Source: Bacteroidales bacterium
GTDB taxonomy: Bacteria; Bacteroidota; Bacteroidia; Bacteroidales; WCHB1-69
Direction: 5' to 3'
Length of the DNA: 64,000 bases
NCBI GenBank assembly: GCA_045627805.1
Contig: JAZQOJ010000201.1
Location: 59,467-123,466, forward strand
Shown here: in pieces, positions 42,059-50,119 of the stretch
How the letters are laid out: the number at the start of each line of letters is the position of its first letter
How positions within the stretch are numbered: position 1 is the stretch's first letter
Notes under the pieces: generated by a model
Told to the model about the DNA's origin: nothing
Database searches by the model: none
Seen by the model: the letters and a program-made list of their open reading frames with translations, nothing else
Program-made: the position numbers and the translations under genes

Positions 42059-44833
42059 ATGATAAACAGAATACTTGAAACCACGGACGGAGGTAAAGAC
42101 ATCATACTTTACTATTACCCACAGGCAGATGCTGCATTTTCCGGACGCAATCGTTTCTTTAAATTGAGAGATGAGAAGACAGCAAGCGCAGCGGTTAAGA
42201 AAATCGGCAATCAGTGGAAAGTCACCGACTTCGGCGACGACCAGCACGCAAAAAGCTGTTTCGATATTTGTATGAAGGAGGAAAACGTCTCATTCAACGA
42301 GGCGTTGCACCTGCTGGCAGAACGTTACGGGGTTTCCGAACGGCTTGATGAAAAGACAAACAAGCCGACGTTTACGGCGAGAGCCGCCAACAAGGATGAA
42401 AAGGAAGGCGATTTCCACTACGAGGCAAAAGACAATCCCACACCGGAGGAATTGAAGGTATTGGGGCCCTTTGTCACTGTTGATACCTGCAAAAGATATA
42501 GTTATTTCTCATTGAAGTCATACCAACTTACGAAACGTGACAAAGAAGGCACGCTCAAAACCTATATTTTTGAGAGCAACGAGAACTATCCGATATTCTT
42601 GCACGACTGTGGCGATTTTTGCAAGATCTACAAGCCGTTGGAGTTCAACAAGCAATATCGTTTCTTCTACAAGGGAAACAAACCGAAAGACTATATTAAC
42701 GGACTTGACGTATTGAAAGAAGCATATTCCCGTTTGATGAAGGATGCCGAACTCGATGACGATTCCATTCCGGGCTCAATGAAAAAGAAGCTGCCGGAGG
42801 CCATCTTTTGCAGTGGTGAACGCGACGCGCTCAATGCCGCCGGTTTGGGATATTACGCTTTATGGTTGAATAGTGAGACAGCGGATCTGGAGTGGAAGGA
42901 ATATATTGAGATCAGCAAGATGGTTGACAGAATATACAATGTGCCGGATATTGACGACACCGGTATTCGTATGGGGAAGGAGTTGGCTCTTCGCTATCTT
43001 GACATATATACGGTTTTCCTACCGGAGTGGGTGCGCAACTACAAGGATGCGCGTGGCAGACGGAGAAAGGATCTTCGGGATTTTCTGGAACTTCACCCCG
43101 ATAGGCGCGAGTTCGACAATATGCTGAAAACCGCACCCCGATGCTGCTTTTGGGAAACGGTGTATGCGGACAATAGAGCCAAACAGGAAATCAACACAGA
43201 GTATCTTCTTTTCTTCCTCGCCTGCAATGGTTTCGCTAAGATTTATGAAAAGAAGACCAAGACCGACAAATACATCCGGGTCAAAGATTTTGTCGTAAGT
43301 GAGTATCAACCCAAACAGATACGTAATTTCATCTACAACGAATTGAAAAGACGCAATATCGACAACTCTATCGTCAACCTGTTCTTGAACAGCAAGCGGA
43401 CTGGCAGCACGCTTGCCGACGACTTGAAAATCGCGGAACTCAAGTTTGAGCGCAACACACAGAACTCCAGAAGTCTCTTTTTTGAGAACGTTGCTTTAAA
43501 GATCACGGCGGACGCAATCACCGAAACGCGCACATCCGACATATCCAATTACGTGTGGGCGGACAACATCTGCCATCATTCATACAAGAAGCTGGAACCC
43601 GCGTTTGAATATTCGATTGATTCTCAAACCGGAGAAATCAATTTGCAGGTAAAGCATATCAGAAGCCACTATTTTCGTTTTCTCATCAACTCCAGCCGTA
43701 TATTTTGGAGACAGGAATTTGAAGAAAGAGCTACCTCGAATGCAGCCGTCAATGAAGAATACAACCAGAAGTATCGTTTCTCCATTGCCGGACAACGCCT
43801 CACCGCGACCGAGTGCCAGAAACAGACACGCCACCTGCTTAATAAAATGTACGCCATCGGCTACATTTTGCACCGCTATAAGAGAGAAAGTAACGCAATG
43901 GCTGTCTGGATTATGGAGAACAAACTAACCGAGGAGGATGAGAGTAGCGGCGGCAGCGGAAAGTCATTTATGCTGCGCGCTTTGAAGAAAATCGGATTGA
44001 TCAATGTGGCCACCATCAACGGTCGCGAAAAGAAGATGACCGAGAACAAGCACCTGTTAGACCGTATCAATTCAGTTACCGACCTGTTGCAGATTGACGA
44101 TGCGGATCGGTACTTTGACTTTTCCTACTTTTATGGTATGATTACCGGTGAAACCATCATCAACCGGAAGAACATCCAGAGCGAAGAACTGGATTTTATG
44201 GAATCCCCGGTATTGGCCTTCACCTCAAACTTTCCCCCACCGAGCGACGACCGTTCCACACTTCGCCGTATGCTCACGGTCGTTTTTTCCGACTACTACC
44301 ACGAACAAGGGCTTGACAACGTGTATCGAGAGACGCGTAAGGTTTCCGACGATTTCGGATATGATTTGTACGATGAAAATTATTCCGAACAATATTACAA
44401 TGAGGACATCAACTTTATGATCAACTGCCTGCAATTCTATCTTTCGGTTTCCGCGCAGGGAATTGTCATCCGCCCACCGATGGAGAATGTGATAAAGAGA
44501 ATCAACATCAGCAAGATGGGAGACAATTTCAAGGAATGGGCTGAGACGATATTTGCTCCGGATAGTGTGATGCTTGACGTACTTCTCGTACGGACTCAAC
44601 TTTTCAACAAGTTCAAGATTGACACGGGCGGCAACAAATGGAAGATGCAGCGTTTCAACAAGGCACTGGCCGCGTTTGTTGAAAACACCGACTATATCGA
44701 GGAACTGAATCCGAAGGAACTGCAAGGGGCAAGCGGCAGGATCATCCGTAAAGAAGGTTGCTTCACAGTGGAGTGCGTCTATCTGCGCACGAAAGGGCAA
44801 AAACTGAACGACTATATAATGCCAATTAGCTAA
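42059..44833 (+). CDS. Primase-helicase replication protein (Toprim primase + P-loop NTPase, P4-alpha/D5-like organisation)
   Basis: The start is moved to ATG 42059 because the terminator lies inside the longer GTG ORF. Toprim motifs CSGERDALNAAG and VPDIDDTG are present. Walker A-like SSGGSGKS and Walker B-like LLQIDDAD follow. The N-terminal region resembles a Cys-less CHC2 primase finger. Confidence 0.75.
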   Translation: MINRILETTDGGKDIILYYYPQADAAFSGRNRFFKLRDEKTASAAVKKIGNQWKVTDFGDDQHAKSCFDICMKEENVSFNEALHLLAERYGVSERLDEKTNKPTFTARAANKDEKEGDFHYEAKDNPTPEELKVLGPFVTVDTCKRYSYFSLKSYQLTKRDKEGTLKTYIFESNENYPIFLHDCGDFCKIYKPLEFNKQYRFFYKGNKPKDYINGLDVLKEAYSRLMKDAELDDDSIPGSMKKKLPEAIFCSGERDALNAAGLGYYALWLNSETADLEWKEYIEISKMVDRIYNVPDIDDTGIRMGKELALRYLDIYTVFLPEWVRNYKDARGRRRKDLRDFLELHPDRREFDNMLKTAPRCCFWETVYADNRAKQEINTEYLLFFLACNGFAKIYEKKTKTDKYIRVKDFVVSEYQPKQIRNFIYNELKRRNIDNSIVNLFLNSKRTGSTLADDLKIAELKFERNTQNSRSLFFENVALKITADAITETRTSDISNYVWADNICHHSYKKLEPAFEYSIDSQTGEINLQVKHIRSHYFRFLINSSRIFWRQEFEERATSNAAVNEEYNQKYRFSIAGQRLTATECQKQTRHLLNKMYAIGYILHRYKRESNAMAVWIMENKLTEEDESSGGSGKSFMLRALKKIGLINVATINGREKKMTENKHLLDRINSVTDLLQIDDADRYFDFSYFYGMITGETIINRKNIQSEELDFMESPVLAFTSNFPPPSDDRSTLRRMLTVVFSDYYHEQGLDNVYRETRKVSDDFGYDLYDENYSEQYYNEDINFMINCLQFYLSVSAQGIVIRPPMENVIKRINISKMGDNFKEWAETIFAPDSVMLDVLLVRTQLFNKFKIDTGGNKWKMQRFNKALAAFVENTDYIEELNPKELQGASGRIIRKEGCFTVECVYLRTKGQKLNDYIMPIS

Positions 44834-44846
44834 CCAACAAAAAACA

Positions 44847-45041
44847 ATGATTATGGAATTAGTGTTAAACGATTACGAACAGGAAAAGTTGAGGAAAATC
44901 TTATCCCCGATAAGAAAAAAGCTTTTGGTGAAGCGTGAAAAGTACAGGGACATCCACGATGGCGGCGAAGCCACCGCACGCCAGGAAACGACACTCTCAA
45001 AAACAGAGTGCTATTTGGAAGTGATTGAGAAATTTTTTTAG
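44847..45041 (+). CDS. Hypothetical small protein
   Basis: 64-aa ORF. No motif recognised. Confidence 0.4.
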   Translation: MIMELVLNDYEQEKLRKILSPIRKKLLVKREKYRDIHDGGEATARQETTLSKTECYLEVIEKFF

Positions 45042-45049
45042 TATCTTTG
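45042..45049 (+). promoter_or_regulatory. Candidate -7 box (TATCTTTG) for the toxin-antitoxin pair
   Basis: TAnnTTTG match 26 nt upstream of ATG 45075. Confidence 0.5.
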
Positions 45050-45074
45050 CAACCGACTTTTAATTTGTAATAAA

Positions 45075-45275
45075 ATGGCAGAAATCACATTGACATACGA
45101 TGGCAGAAATATAGCTGCAAAAAAAATGTTGGAAGCTATATTATCACTTGGTCTGTTTAAAAAGAAAGAAAAAAGAATGTCCGGATTGGACGAAGCATTG
45201 AAAGAAATTAAAGATGGAAAGGTCAATAGATATTCCACTGTTGATGAATTTGTAGAGAAGATGAAGAATGTTTAA
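45075..45275 (+). CDS. Putative type II antitoxin
   Basis: 66-aa ORF whose stop overlaps the toxin start by 8 nt. Assigned from position upstream of a YafQ-like toxin. Confidence 0.6.
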   Translation: MAEITLTYDGRNIAAKKMLEAILSLGLFKKKEKRMSGLDEALKEIKDGKVNRYSTVDEFVEKMKNV

Positions 45276-45543
45276 GATTCTAACCACTAATAAATTTGAA
45301 AAGGATTTTCAACGTTGCATCAAGCGAGGATTGGATATAAACATCATTACTAATGCGATGAAATTGTTGGAAATATCTGGAACATTACCACAAAGCTATC
45401 GTCCGCATAAGCTAACAGGGAATTATAAAGGATGCTGGGAATGCCATTTACAGTCAGACTGGCTTATGGTATGGCAACAGGACAACAATGAATTAACATT
45501 GCTCTTTACTGATACTGGGTCTCATTCCGATTTGTTCAAATAA
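45268..45543 (+). CDS. RelE/YafQ-family type II toxin (mRNA interferase)
   Basis: 91 aa. FEKDFQRCIKRG...HKLTGNYKGCWECHLQSDWLMVWQQD matches the YafQ pattern (H.L.G...G..ECHI.PDWLLIY). Confidence 0.8.
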   Translation: MFKILTTNKFEKDFQRCIKRGLDINIITNAMKLLEISGTLPQSYRPHKLTGNYKGCWECHLQSDWLMVWQQDNNELTLLFTDTGSHSDLFK

Positions 45544-45597
45544 ACATCTAAGAGCAATATTACAGCAAGTTATGGGAAAGGAGAATCCATCCGCACC

Positions 45598-45627
45598 ACC
45601 GGTTCAGAAATGGACCGGTTTTTTTTT
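45598..45627 (+). terminator. Rho-independent terminator
   Basis: ACCGGT(TC) pairs with (GG)ACCGGT (45598-45619), followed by T9. Confidence 0.75.
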
Positions 45628-45675
45628 GCATAAAAATCTTTCGGGAAAACCTATGCTTTCAACACGTCATTTTTT

Positions 45676-45766
45676 TTGTAACTTTGTAACCTTATATAAA
45701 AAAATCAACTTATATTATTAAAAATAAATAGGTTACAAAAGGTTACAAAAAGTTACAAAGTTACAA
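45676..45766. repeat. Iteron cluster 1: 2x TTGTAAC, a 41-bp AT-rich spacer, then 4x GTTACAA
   Basis: TTGTAAC at 45676 and 45684. GTTACAA at 45732, 45742, 45752 and 45760 (10, 10 and 8-bp spacing). The spacer is nearly pure A/T. Confidence 0.85.
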
Positions 45767-45824
45767 AAAAACGAGTTTTTTCGTTTTTTTTGTTTCAGCA
45801 GGAAATTATTCGGTTTTTTTACCA

Positions 45825-45832
45825 TACCTTTG
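45825..45832 (+). promoter_or_regulatory. Candidate -7 box (TACCTTTG, extended TTTGCAGCG)
   Basis: TAnnTTTG match about 60 nt after the iterons and about 270 nt upstream of ATG 46103. It shares the TTTGCAGC extension with other boxes in the element. Confidence 0.45.
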
Positions 45833-46102
45833 CAGCGTTTTCCGAAAGGAAACGCGTGTGTGGCGGTTTGCCAGCTTTCCACACCGCCCAATTACCCCAA
45901 TTTTTTTTGTGATTACTTTCAGAAAGTGGTTGCCCAGGTGAATATTTCCGTCGTTTTTCGGTAAACTGATGTGCGAAAACCGCCACTTACCGGTAATTCC
46001 ACACGTCGAAAACGGTTTACTATGACGGGAAACCATTTTAAAATACGATAACATATTAATTATCAAGTAATTGTTTTATAAATCAAATCAAAAGGCAAAA
46101 AA

Positions 46103-46738
46103 ATGGATAACACAGAATCAAGAAAATTGCAGCCGATTACGGTAAAGTTATCGCCTGAAACCTACGACAGATGGAAGGAACTCACCCTGGAGGGAGCTTT
46201 CGAGACCAACGGTCAACTTGTGGCAGCACTTATCGAGAACTACTATTCACCGATGAAGGCAAACAAGGATAATGAAAAGACCATTGCTCAGCAGAAGGAA
46301 ACCATTTCTTCTTTGTCGGGTCGGATTTCCGAAATGGAAAAAGAACTCACGGCACTCCGTCATTCCCTGGCTGAGGAACAGGGAAACAACGAAAACCTTT
46401 GCGGAAAAAACGAGGAACTGGCAGGCAGAATTTCCGAACTGGAAGACCGTAATGCCGAAATGGGCTTGCAGATCAGCGAGGCAGAGAAAAAGCAGAAACA
46501 GTTGGCCGGCCACCTGATTGTACCGGTTTCCCCACTCGAAACAGAATGCCTGAAATATCTGAGCGAACGCGAATGCAAACGCCGTGGGCGCAACGACATC
46601 ACGCCGGAAATCTTTTTCCGCTACTGCGTTTCCGAAATGCTGATTAAGGGAAACAAGTTTTCCGTTGACTGTGTTCCCGACCGCGTAATCAATGAGATCA
46701 AAGCTCGCCTTAATACCGAAAAACAACCAACCGAATAA
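46103..46738 (+). CDS. Putative ribbon-helix-helix / coiled-coil protein
   Basis: The N-terminus ITVKLSPETYDRWKELT is RHH-like and the central part is a long coiled coil. Function unknown. Confidence 0.55.
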   Translation: MDNTESRKLQPITVKLSPETYDRWKELTLEGAFETNGQLVAALIENYYSPMKANKDNEKTIAQQKETISSLSGRISEMEKELTALRHSLAEEQGNNENLCGKNEELAGRISELEDRNAEMGLQISEAEKKQKQLAGHLIVPVSPLETECLKYLSERECKRRGRNDITPEIFFRYCVSEMLIKGNKFSVDCVPDRVINEIKARLNTEKQPTE

Positions 46739-46759
46739 GAGAACTATGAATGAGATGGT
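46722..46759 (+). repeat. 38-bp direct repeat, copy A
   Basis: AACAACCAACCGAATAAGAGAACTATGAATGAGATGGT differs by 1 nt from copy B, 275 bp downstream. It spans the stop of 46103..46738 and an ATG. Confidence 0.9.
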
Positions 46760-46841
46760 GAGACGTACAGGAAGAAAGAAGTTGGCTTTTAAGACGATGT
46801 ATAAAATCGAACTTAAATCAAGAAAAAAGCGGAAAAAATAA
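46746..46841 (+). CDS. Possible 31-aa highly basic peptide
   Basis: MNEMVRRTGRKKLAFKTMYKIELKSRKKRKK. Its first 4-5 codons are copied from the start of 47021..47299 through the direct repeat, so it may be an insertion artefact rather than a gene. Confidence 0.25.
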   Translation: MNEMVRRTGRKKLAFKTMYKIELKSRKKRKK

Positions 46842-46857
46842 ATCTTCTCCGCTTTTT
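46828..46857. terminator. Hairpin terminator, potentially bidirectional
   Basis: AGCGGA (46828-46833) pairs with TCCGCT (46848-46853). T-runs follow on both strands. Confidence 0.6.
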
Positions 46858-46944
46858 CGCCGTAAGCGAGGGTATATGTGAAATCTCCCTCAAACGTCCA
46901 GAACGATCTTACGCACTATGTCTTGCGTATGGCAAAACCTGCTG

Positions 46945-46952
46945 CAAAAATA
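46945..46952 (-). promoter_or_regulatory. Minus-strand -7-like box (TATTTTTG, extended TTTGCAGC)
   Basis: The plus strand reads GCTGCAAAAATACAC. Its reverse complement matches TAnnTTTGCAGC and points leftward toward hairpins and the 46828 terminator. Confidence 0.3.
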
Positions 46953-46996
46953 CACAAATATTTTAATAAAAAATAAATACCATAAAAATTTTAATC

Positions 46997-47034
46997 AACA
47001 ACCAACCGAATAAGTGAACTATGAATGAGATGGT
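46997..47034 (+). repeat. 38-bp direct repeat, copy B
   Basis: AACAACCAACCGAATAAGTGAACTATGAATGAGATGGT. It contains the start codon of 47021..47299. Confidence 0.9.
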
Positions 47035-47299
47035 AATCAAATCACTAATAAAACCGTTGCTTCCGAAAGCGAAAACCTTTGTCGCCTCCGGAAAAATTGA
47101 CGGATTTCTGCAAGAAAGAAAAAAACAGTTTTCCAACCAGGTCAACATTAATGAGACCGTTGAGATACTGGTAACTACCGAAGGGAAGGACGAATACGTT
47201 AATTTCATCGCGTTGGAAAATGGCCTGAATCACAGATTCCGTGTGATTTCTCAAATGAGACTTACAGAACTTCTTGTTTCAATCATAGATCAAATCTAA
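47021..47299 (+). CDS. Hypothetical protein
   Basis: 92-aa ORF. No motif recognised. Confidence 0.5.
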   Translation: MNEMVIKSLIKPLLPKAKTFVASGKIDGFLQERKKQFSNQVNINETVEILVTTEGKDEYVNFIALENGLNHRFRVISQMRLTELLVSIIDQI

Positions 47300-47300
47300 T

Positions 47301-47945
47301 ATGGGAGTAGGTATTATCAATGGTGATGTGCAGCCGGAAGGCGGCGCACCACAGACAAAAGATGCTTTTGATGAGTTTCTGGATGCTTTGAAGCAACCCA
47401 AACAGAATTACCGTCCCATTGACGAGCCACCGGCGGAAGATCCAGAGGATTACGAAGATGATACGGATAATCCGGAAGAATCCGGCGACACATATCTCAC
47501 CCCGGAAGAGATAAAGACGCAGCGCAACAATTTCGAGTTTTCCTTAGTACCGGCGGAAACCATTGTCGAGTGCATTGATATGGGCTACTGTGGCGTTGGC
47601 AAGCTCATCGTCAAAGAGGAAGTCGAGGGTGCGACGGAAGACGAAAAGACCAATCTGACGAAGGCGTGGGCGGATTATCTGAAAGATAAGAATGCCGACC
47701 TGTCGCCCGGATGGGTGCTGGTCATTATGCTGCTGATTGTTTACGCTCCGAAGATCTATACCTGTTTCGAGGTCCGCAAACTAAATCAGGAAAACCAGGA
47801 ACTTCAGGCGGCGAATGAGGAACTGGCAGCTCAGAATGAATACCTGATCCGTAGAATGGAGGCGTATGATAAGAAAAAGAAAGCAAAGAAAGCCGCTCAG
47901 GAAGAGCCAACGGAAACGGAAAGCGAGCCCAAGCCAAAAAACTAA
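47301..47945 (+). CDS. Hypothetical membrane protein with acidic N-terminus and C-terminal coiled coil
   Basis: Acidic Pro/Glu/Asp-rich N-terminus, one TM helix (WVLVIMLLIVYAPKIY), then a QELQAANEELAAQNEYL coiled coil and a Lys-rich tail. Confidence 0.55.
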   Translation: MGVGIINGDVQPEGGAPQTKDAFDEFLDALKQPKQNYRPIDEPPAEDPEDYEDDTDNPEESGDTYLTPEEIKTQRNNFEFSLVPAETIVECIDMGYCGVGKLIVKEEVEGATEDEKTNLTKAWADYLKDKNADLSPGWVLVIMLLIVYAPKIYTCFEVRKLNQENQELQAANEELAAQNEYLIRRMEAYDKKKKAKKAAQEEPTETESEPKPKN

Positions 47946-47948
47946 AAG

Positions 47949-48365
47949 ATGAATATTAAGAATACTGATTATAAAACCATTAAAGGCAATGAATATATCA
48001 AGGTTGGTAGGATTACTATGTCTGTCGCAAGGAAATCACATATAAAGGCGGCCAACATTATGATTGATATGAATCATATAAAGCACATTGCACAAAAACA
48101 CGAATTAGAACTTTCCAAACTCGGAATCTCTTCAATAGACTTTGTGAAATGCATTGCTTCTTCTTACACAGAAATTAGAGTCCTTGGAAATTCGCTATAT
48201 CTCGTAGCACCTAATGATTCCAAACAGACATTTGTAGCTATCGTTAAAATGAATTACAACATTGGGAAGGGATTCTGGGAAGTAAAAACGGCTATCCCGA
48301 TGAGAATAGCCGAAGTTCTAAAAAAAGAACTTATTTGGAAAAAGGGAGCGAACCCCTTAAAGTAG
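47949..48365 (+). CDS. Small protein of the 'NH.KHIA.KH ... GFWEVKTA' family (possible barnase/EndoU/RelE-like nuclease domain)
   Basis: Paralogue of 59512..59937, with shared motifs I..NH.KHIA.KH..EL..LGI, MNY....GFWEVKTA.P and KKEL.W. The nuclease idea rests only on my memory of PBECR-type domains. Confidence 0.5.
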   Translation: MNIKNTDYKTIKGNEYIKVGRITMSVARKSHIKAANIMIDMNHIKHIAQKHELELSKLGISSIDFVKCIASSYTEIRVLGNSLYLVAPNDSKQTFVAIVKMNYNIGKGFWEVKTAIPMRIAEVLKKELIWKKGANPLK

Positions 48366-48416
48366 TATAAAAAACTACTGTATCCTTCTGCAATTAAGCA
48401 ATTCGCTGATACGCTG

Positions 48417-48424
48417 CAAAAATA
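48417..48424 (-). promoter_or_regulatory. Minus-strand -7-like box (TATTTTTG, extended TTTGCAGCGT)
   Basis: The plus strand reads ACGCTGCAAAAATACAA, 52 nt after the stop of 47949..48365, and points back into that gene. Confidence 0.3.
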
Positions 48425-48463
48425 CAATCTTTTTTCTTATAAAACATAATCTTGAACAAAAAA

Positions 48464-48574
48464 ATGAAAAAAAACGCAAAAGACAGCACAAATGCAAATC
48501 AGTTAATGAGTACAAGTCGATTCTCCAAATTTATAATTGGGAATCCGCACAATATTTTGGACTGCACGGATTAA
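48464..48574 (+). CDS. Possible 36-aa ORF
   Basis: MKKNAKDSTNANQLMSTSRFSKFIIGNPHNILDCTD fills the gap before the ATPase gene. No other support. Confidence 0.2.
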   Translation: MKKNAKDSTNANQLMSTSRFSKFIIGNPHNILDCTD

Positions 48575-48601
48575 TGTAAAAGCCACTATTCTAATAAACC
48601 A

Positions 48602-49192
48602 ATGGAAGATAAACCAGAACGTATCGCAACCAGCGTTATTTTGTGCGGAATCAACGGAACCGGGAAGACGACATTGCTTCGGAATATTCTCACCGAAATG
48701 ATGAATAGTGGGCAGCGGGCGTTGATCGTAACTCCGGATCCGCTCGAATGGGGTGGCGTGAAGGAAGTCAATGACCGGAACCAGTCGGAAATATCCACAT
48801 TTGAAGGAGCACGGAAAATCATCTATTACAAGGGCTGTATGGAGCTCATACAGAAATACTACTACAACGGTATTCTGGTTTTTGATGATGCGCGTGTCTA
48901 TATCCGGGCGCAAAGCGACGACTTTATGACCTGGCTCCAGATACGCCGCCGACAGGCGGGTATAGACCTGTTCACTGTAACTCACGGACTCACACAGGTG
49001 CCGCCAATATTCTTCACCTTTGCCTCAACGCTGATACTCTTTTACACCAAAGACAATATCAAACGTCGCGGCGACTATGTGGATGAAGCCGACTTTGAGG
49101 AAATACAGCAGGCCAAAAAGCGAATCTCGCAGATTGTAACCACTGGCAACAAATATTATTACGAAATCATCAAGTTAGACAAACGCATTTAA
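48602..49192 (+). CDS. Small P-loop ATPase, Zot-like (alternatively an A32/FtsK-HerA-type packaging ATPase)
   Basis: 196 aa. Walker A GINGTGKTT and Walker B ILVFDDA. Then RRRQAGIDLFTVTHGLTQV, which resembles the HRHxGxDhhhhTQ motif of Zot/pI-type assembly ATPases as I recall it. Confidence 0.65.
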   Translation: MEDKPERIATSVILCGINGTGKTTLLRNILTEMMNSGQRALIVTPDPLEWGGVKEVNDRNQSEISTFEGARKIIYYKGCMELIQKYYYNGILVFDDARVYIRAQSDDFMTWLQIRRRQAGIDLFTVTHGLTQVPPIFFTFASTLILFYTKDNIKRRGDYVDEADFEEIQQAKKRISQIVTTGNKYYYEIIKLDKRI

Positions 49193-49202
49193 TATCAAGA
49201 AA

Positions 49203-49619
49203 ATGGAAGAATTCATCGAACCCGTTTACCAGGCAGTCGCCCCGGAAACAAAACCCAAAATGAGCAAAGAAAAAATCATCATCATCGCCCTTGCCGTCGT
49301 GTGTGCCGGAGCAATCGTTTACTGCATCATACTGAAAAAGAGGTTGAAATCCAAACCGAAGGACAATGTGCATCGCAGCCGTCCGCTTGTAATCCAGGAC
49401 GATCCGGATGAGGATGAAGACGAAGACTTTAATGATGATCCTGGAAATACGGAATTACCGTCCCACGATAATGAAGATCTAAACGTAACTCCAGACAGTA
49501 ACATTATGGCTGTATTGAATAAAATCCGCAGCGGCGAAATCACAAGGACTGACGCGGCCAAGGAGTTGGGGGTTAGCAGACGAACAATCGGAAGATATTA
49601 TGCAAAATACATCGGATAA
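49203..49619 (+). CDS. Membrane-anchored protein with acidic linker and C-terminal HTH
   Basis: TM helix IIIIALAVVCAGAIVYCIIL, an acidic run DDPDEDEDEDFNDD, and a C-terminal resolvase-like HTH (ITRTDAAKELGVSRRTIGRYYAKY). Confidence 0.65.
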   Translation: MEEFIEPVYQAVAPETKPKMSKEKIIIIALAVVCAGAIVYCIILKKRLKSKPKDNVHRSRPLVIQDDPDEDEDEDFNDDPGNTELPSHDNEDLNVTPDSNIMAVLNKIRSGEITRTDAAKELGVSRRTIGRYYAKYIG

Positions 49620-49794
49620 CAAACTCACCGCACAACCGAGAACCCTATCGGAATTGGCCTGCGCTTATCACGTAAGCAAGCGGACATTCAAGAAATGGCT
49701 TTCTTGTGATACGTTGAAGGACATTCAACCTATTGGCAATTTCTATTCCATCGCACAGATCACACGAATAATCAACCATCTTGGAGAACCGTAA
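49600..49794 (+). CDS. DUF4248-like small HTH protein
   Basis: LSELACAYHVSKRTFKKWL...FYSIAQITRIINHLGEP resembles the Bacteroides DUF4248 pattern that ends in LGEP (from memory). It overlaps the previous gene by 20 nt. Confidence 0.55.
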   Translation: MQNTSDNKLTAQPRTLSELACAYHVSKRTFKKWLSCDTLKDIQPIGNFYSIAQITRIINHLGEP

Positions 49795-49844
49795 GTGTGC
49801 AAAAGTGTACAAAATCGCTAAAAAACGGACAAAAAAGTGCAGAA

Positions 49845-49878
49845 GTGCGCAAAAGTGATAATCGTGACTTTTGCGCAC
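49845..49878 (+). promoter_or_regulatory. Perfect 12-bp inverted repeat (hairpin or operator) abutting a promoter box
   Basis: GTGCGCAAAAGT (49845-49856) and ACTTTTGCGCAC (49867-49878) are separated by 10 nt. Related half-sites GTGCAAAAGTG and GTGCAGAAGTG lie just upstream. Confidence 0.6.
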
Positions 49879-49881
49879 TTG

Positions 49882-49889
49882 TATTTTTG
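49882..49889 (+). promoter_or_regulatory. Candidate -7 box (TATTTTTG, extended TTTGCAGC)
   Basis: TAnnTTTG match 37 nt upstream of ATG 49926. Confidence 0.5.
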
Positions 49890-49925
49890 CAGCTCAAAAT
49901 TAATCAAAAACAAAAAAAACAGAAA

Positions 49926-50096
49926 ATGAAGAAATTTTTAACCGACAATTTACACATCATTGTGATTGTGGTGGCCGTGATCGCAGTTTGTGCGCTTGTC
50001 AAAGTTCGTAGAATTGAAAACGGCAACACGACTAAAACTGAAACAAAAGACATCATCAATCCCAAATGCGGCGAAACCGATGATGACGAAGAATAG
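49926..50096 (+). CDS. Small single-TM protein with acidic C-terminus
   Basis: 56 aa from ATG 49926, since the track ORF start at 49797 would run through the hairpin and promoter. TM helix HIIVIVVAVIAVCALV and tail GETDDDEE. Confidence 0.55.
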   Translation: MKKFLTDNLHIIVIVVAVIAVCALVKVRRIENGNTTKTETKDIINPKCGETDDDEE

Positions 50097-50119
50097 TTAA
50101 CAACATAAATTTTTTGAAT

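Noticed and set aside
44225-44800. A 191-aa minus-strand ORF, and similarly 48503..48985 (160 aa) and 59996..60514 (172 aa).
   Set aside because: Each is antisense to a plus-strand ORF with motif support (primase-helicase, Walker ATPase, duplicated basic protein). They break the otherwise uniform gene orientation.
45806-46066. An 86-aa minus-strand ORF in the gap after iteron cluster 1.
   Set aside because: No RBS or promoter context and an odd composition. The region is better explained as a structured plus-strand leader. It is kept only as a caveat in the leader finding.
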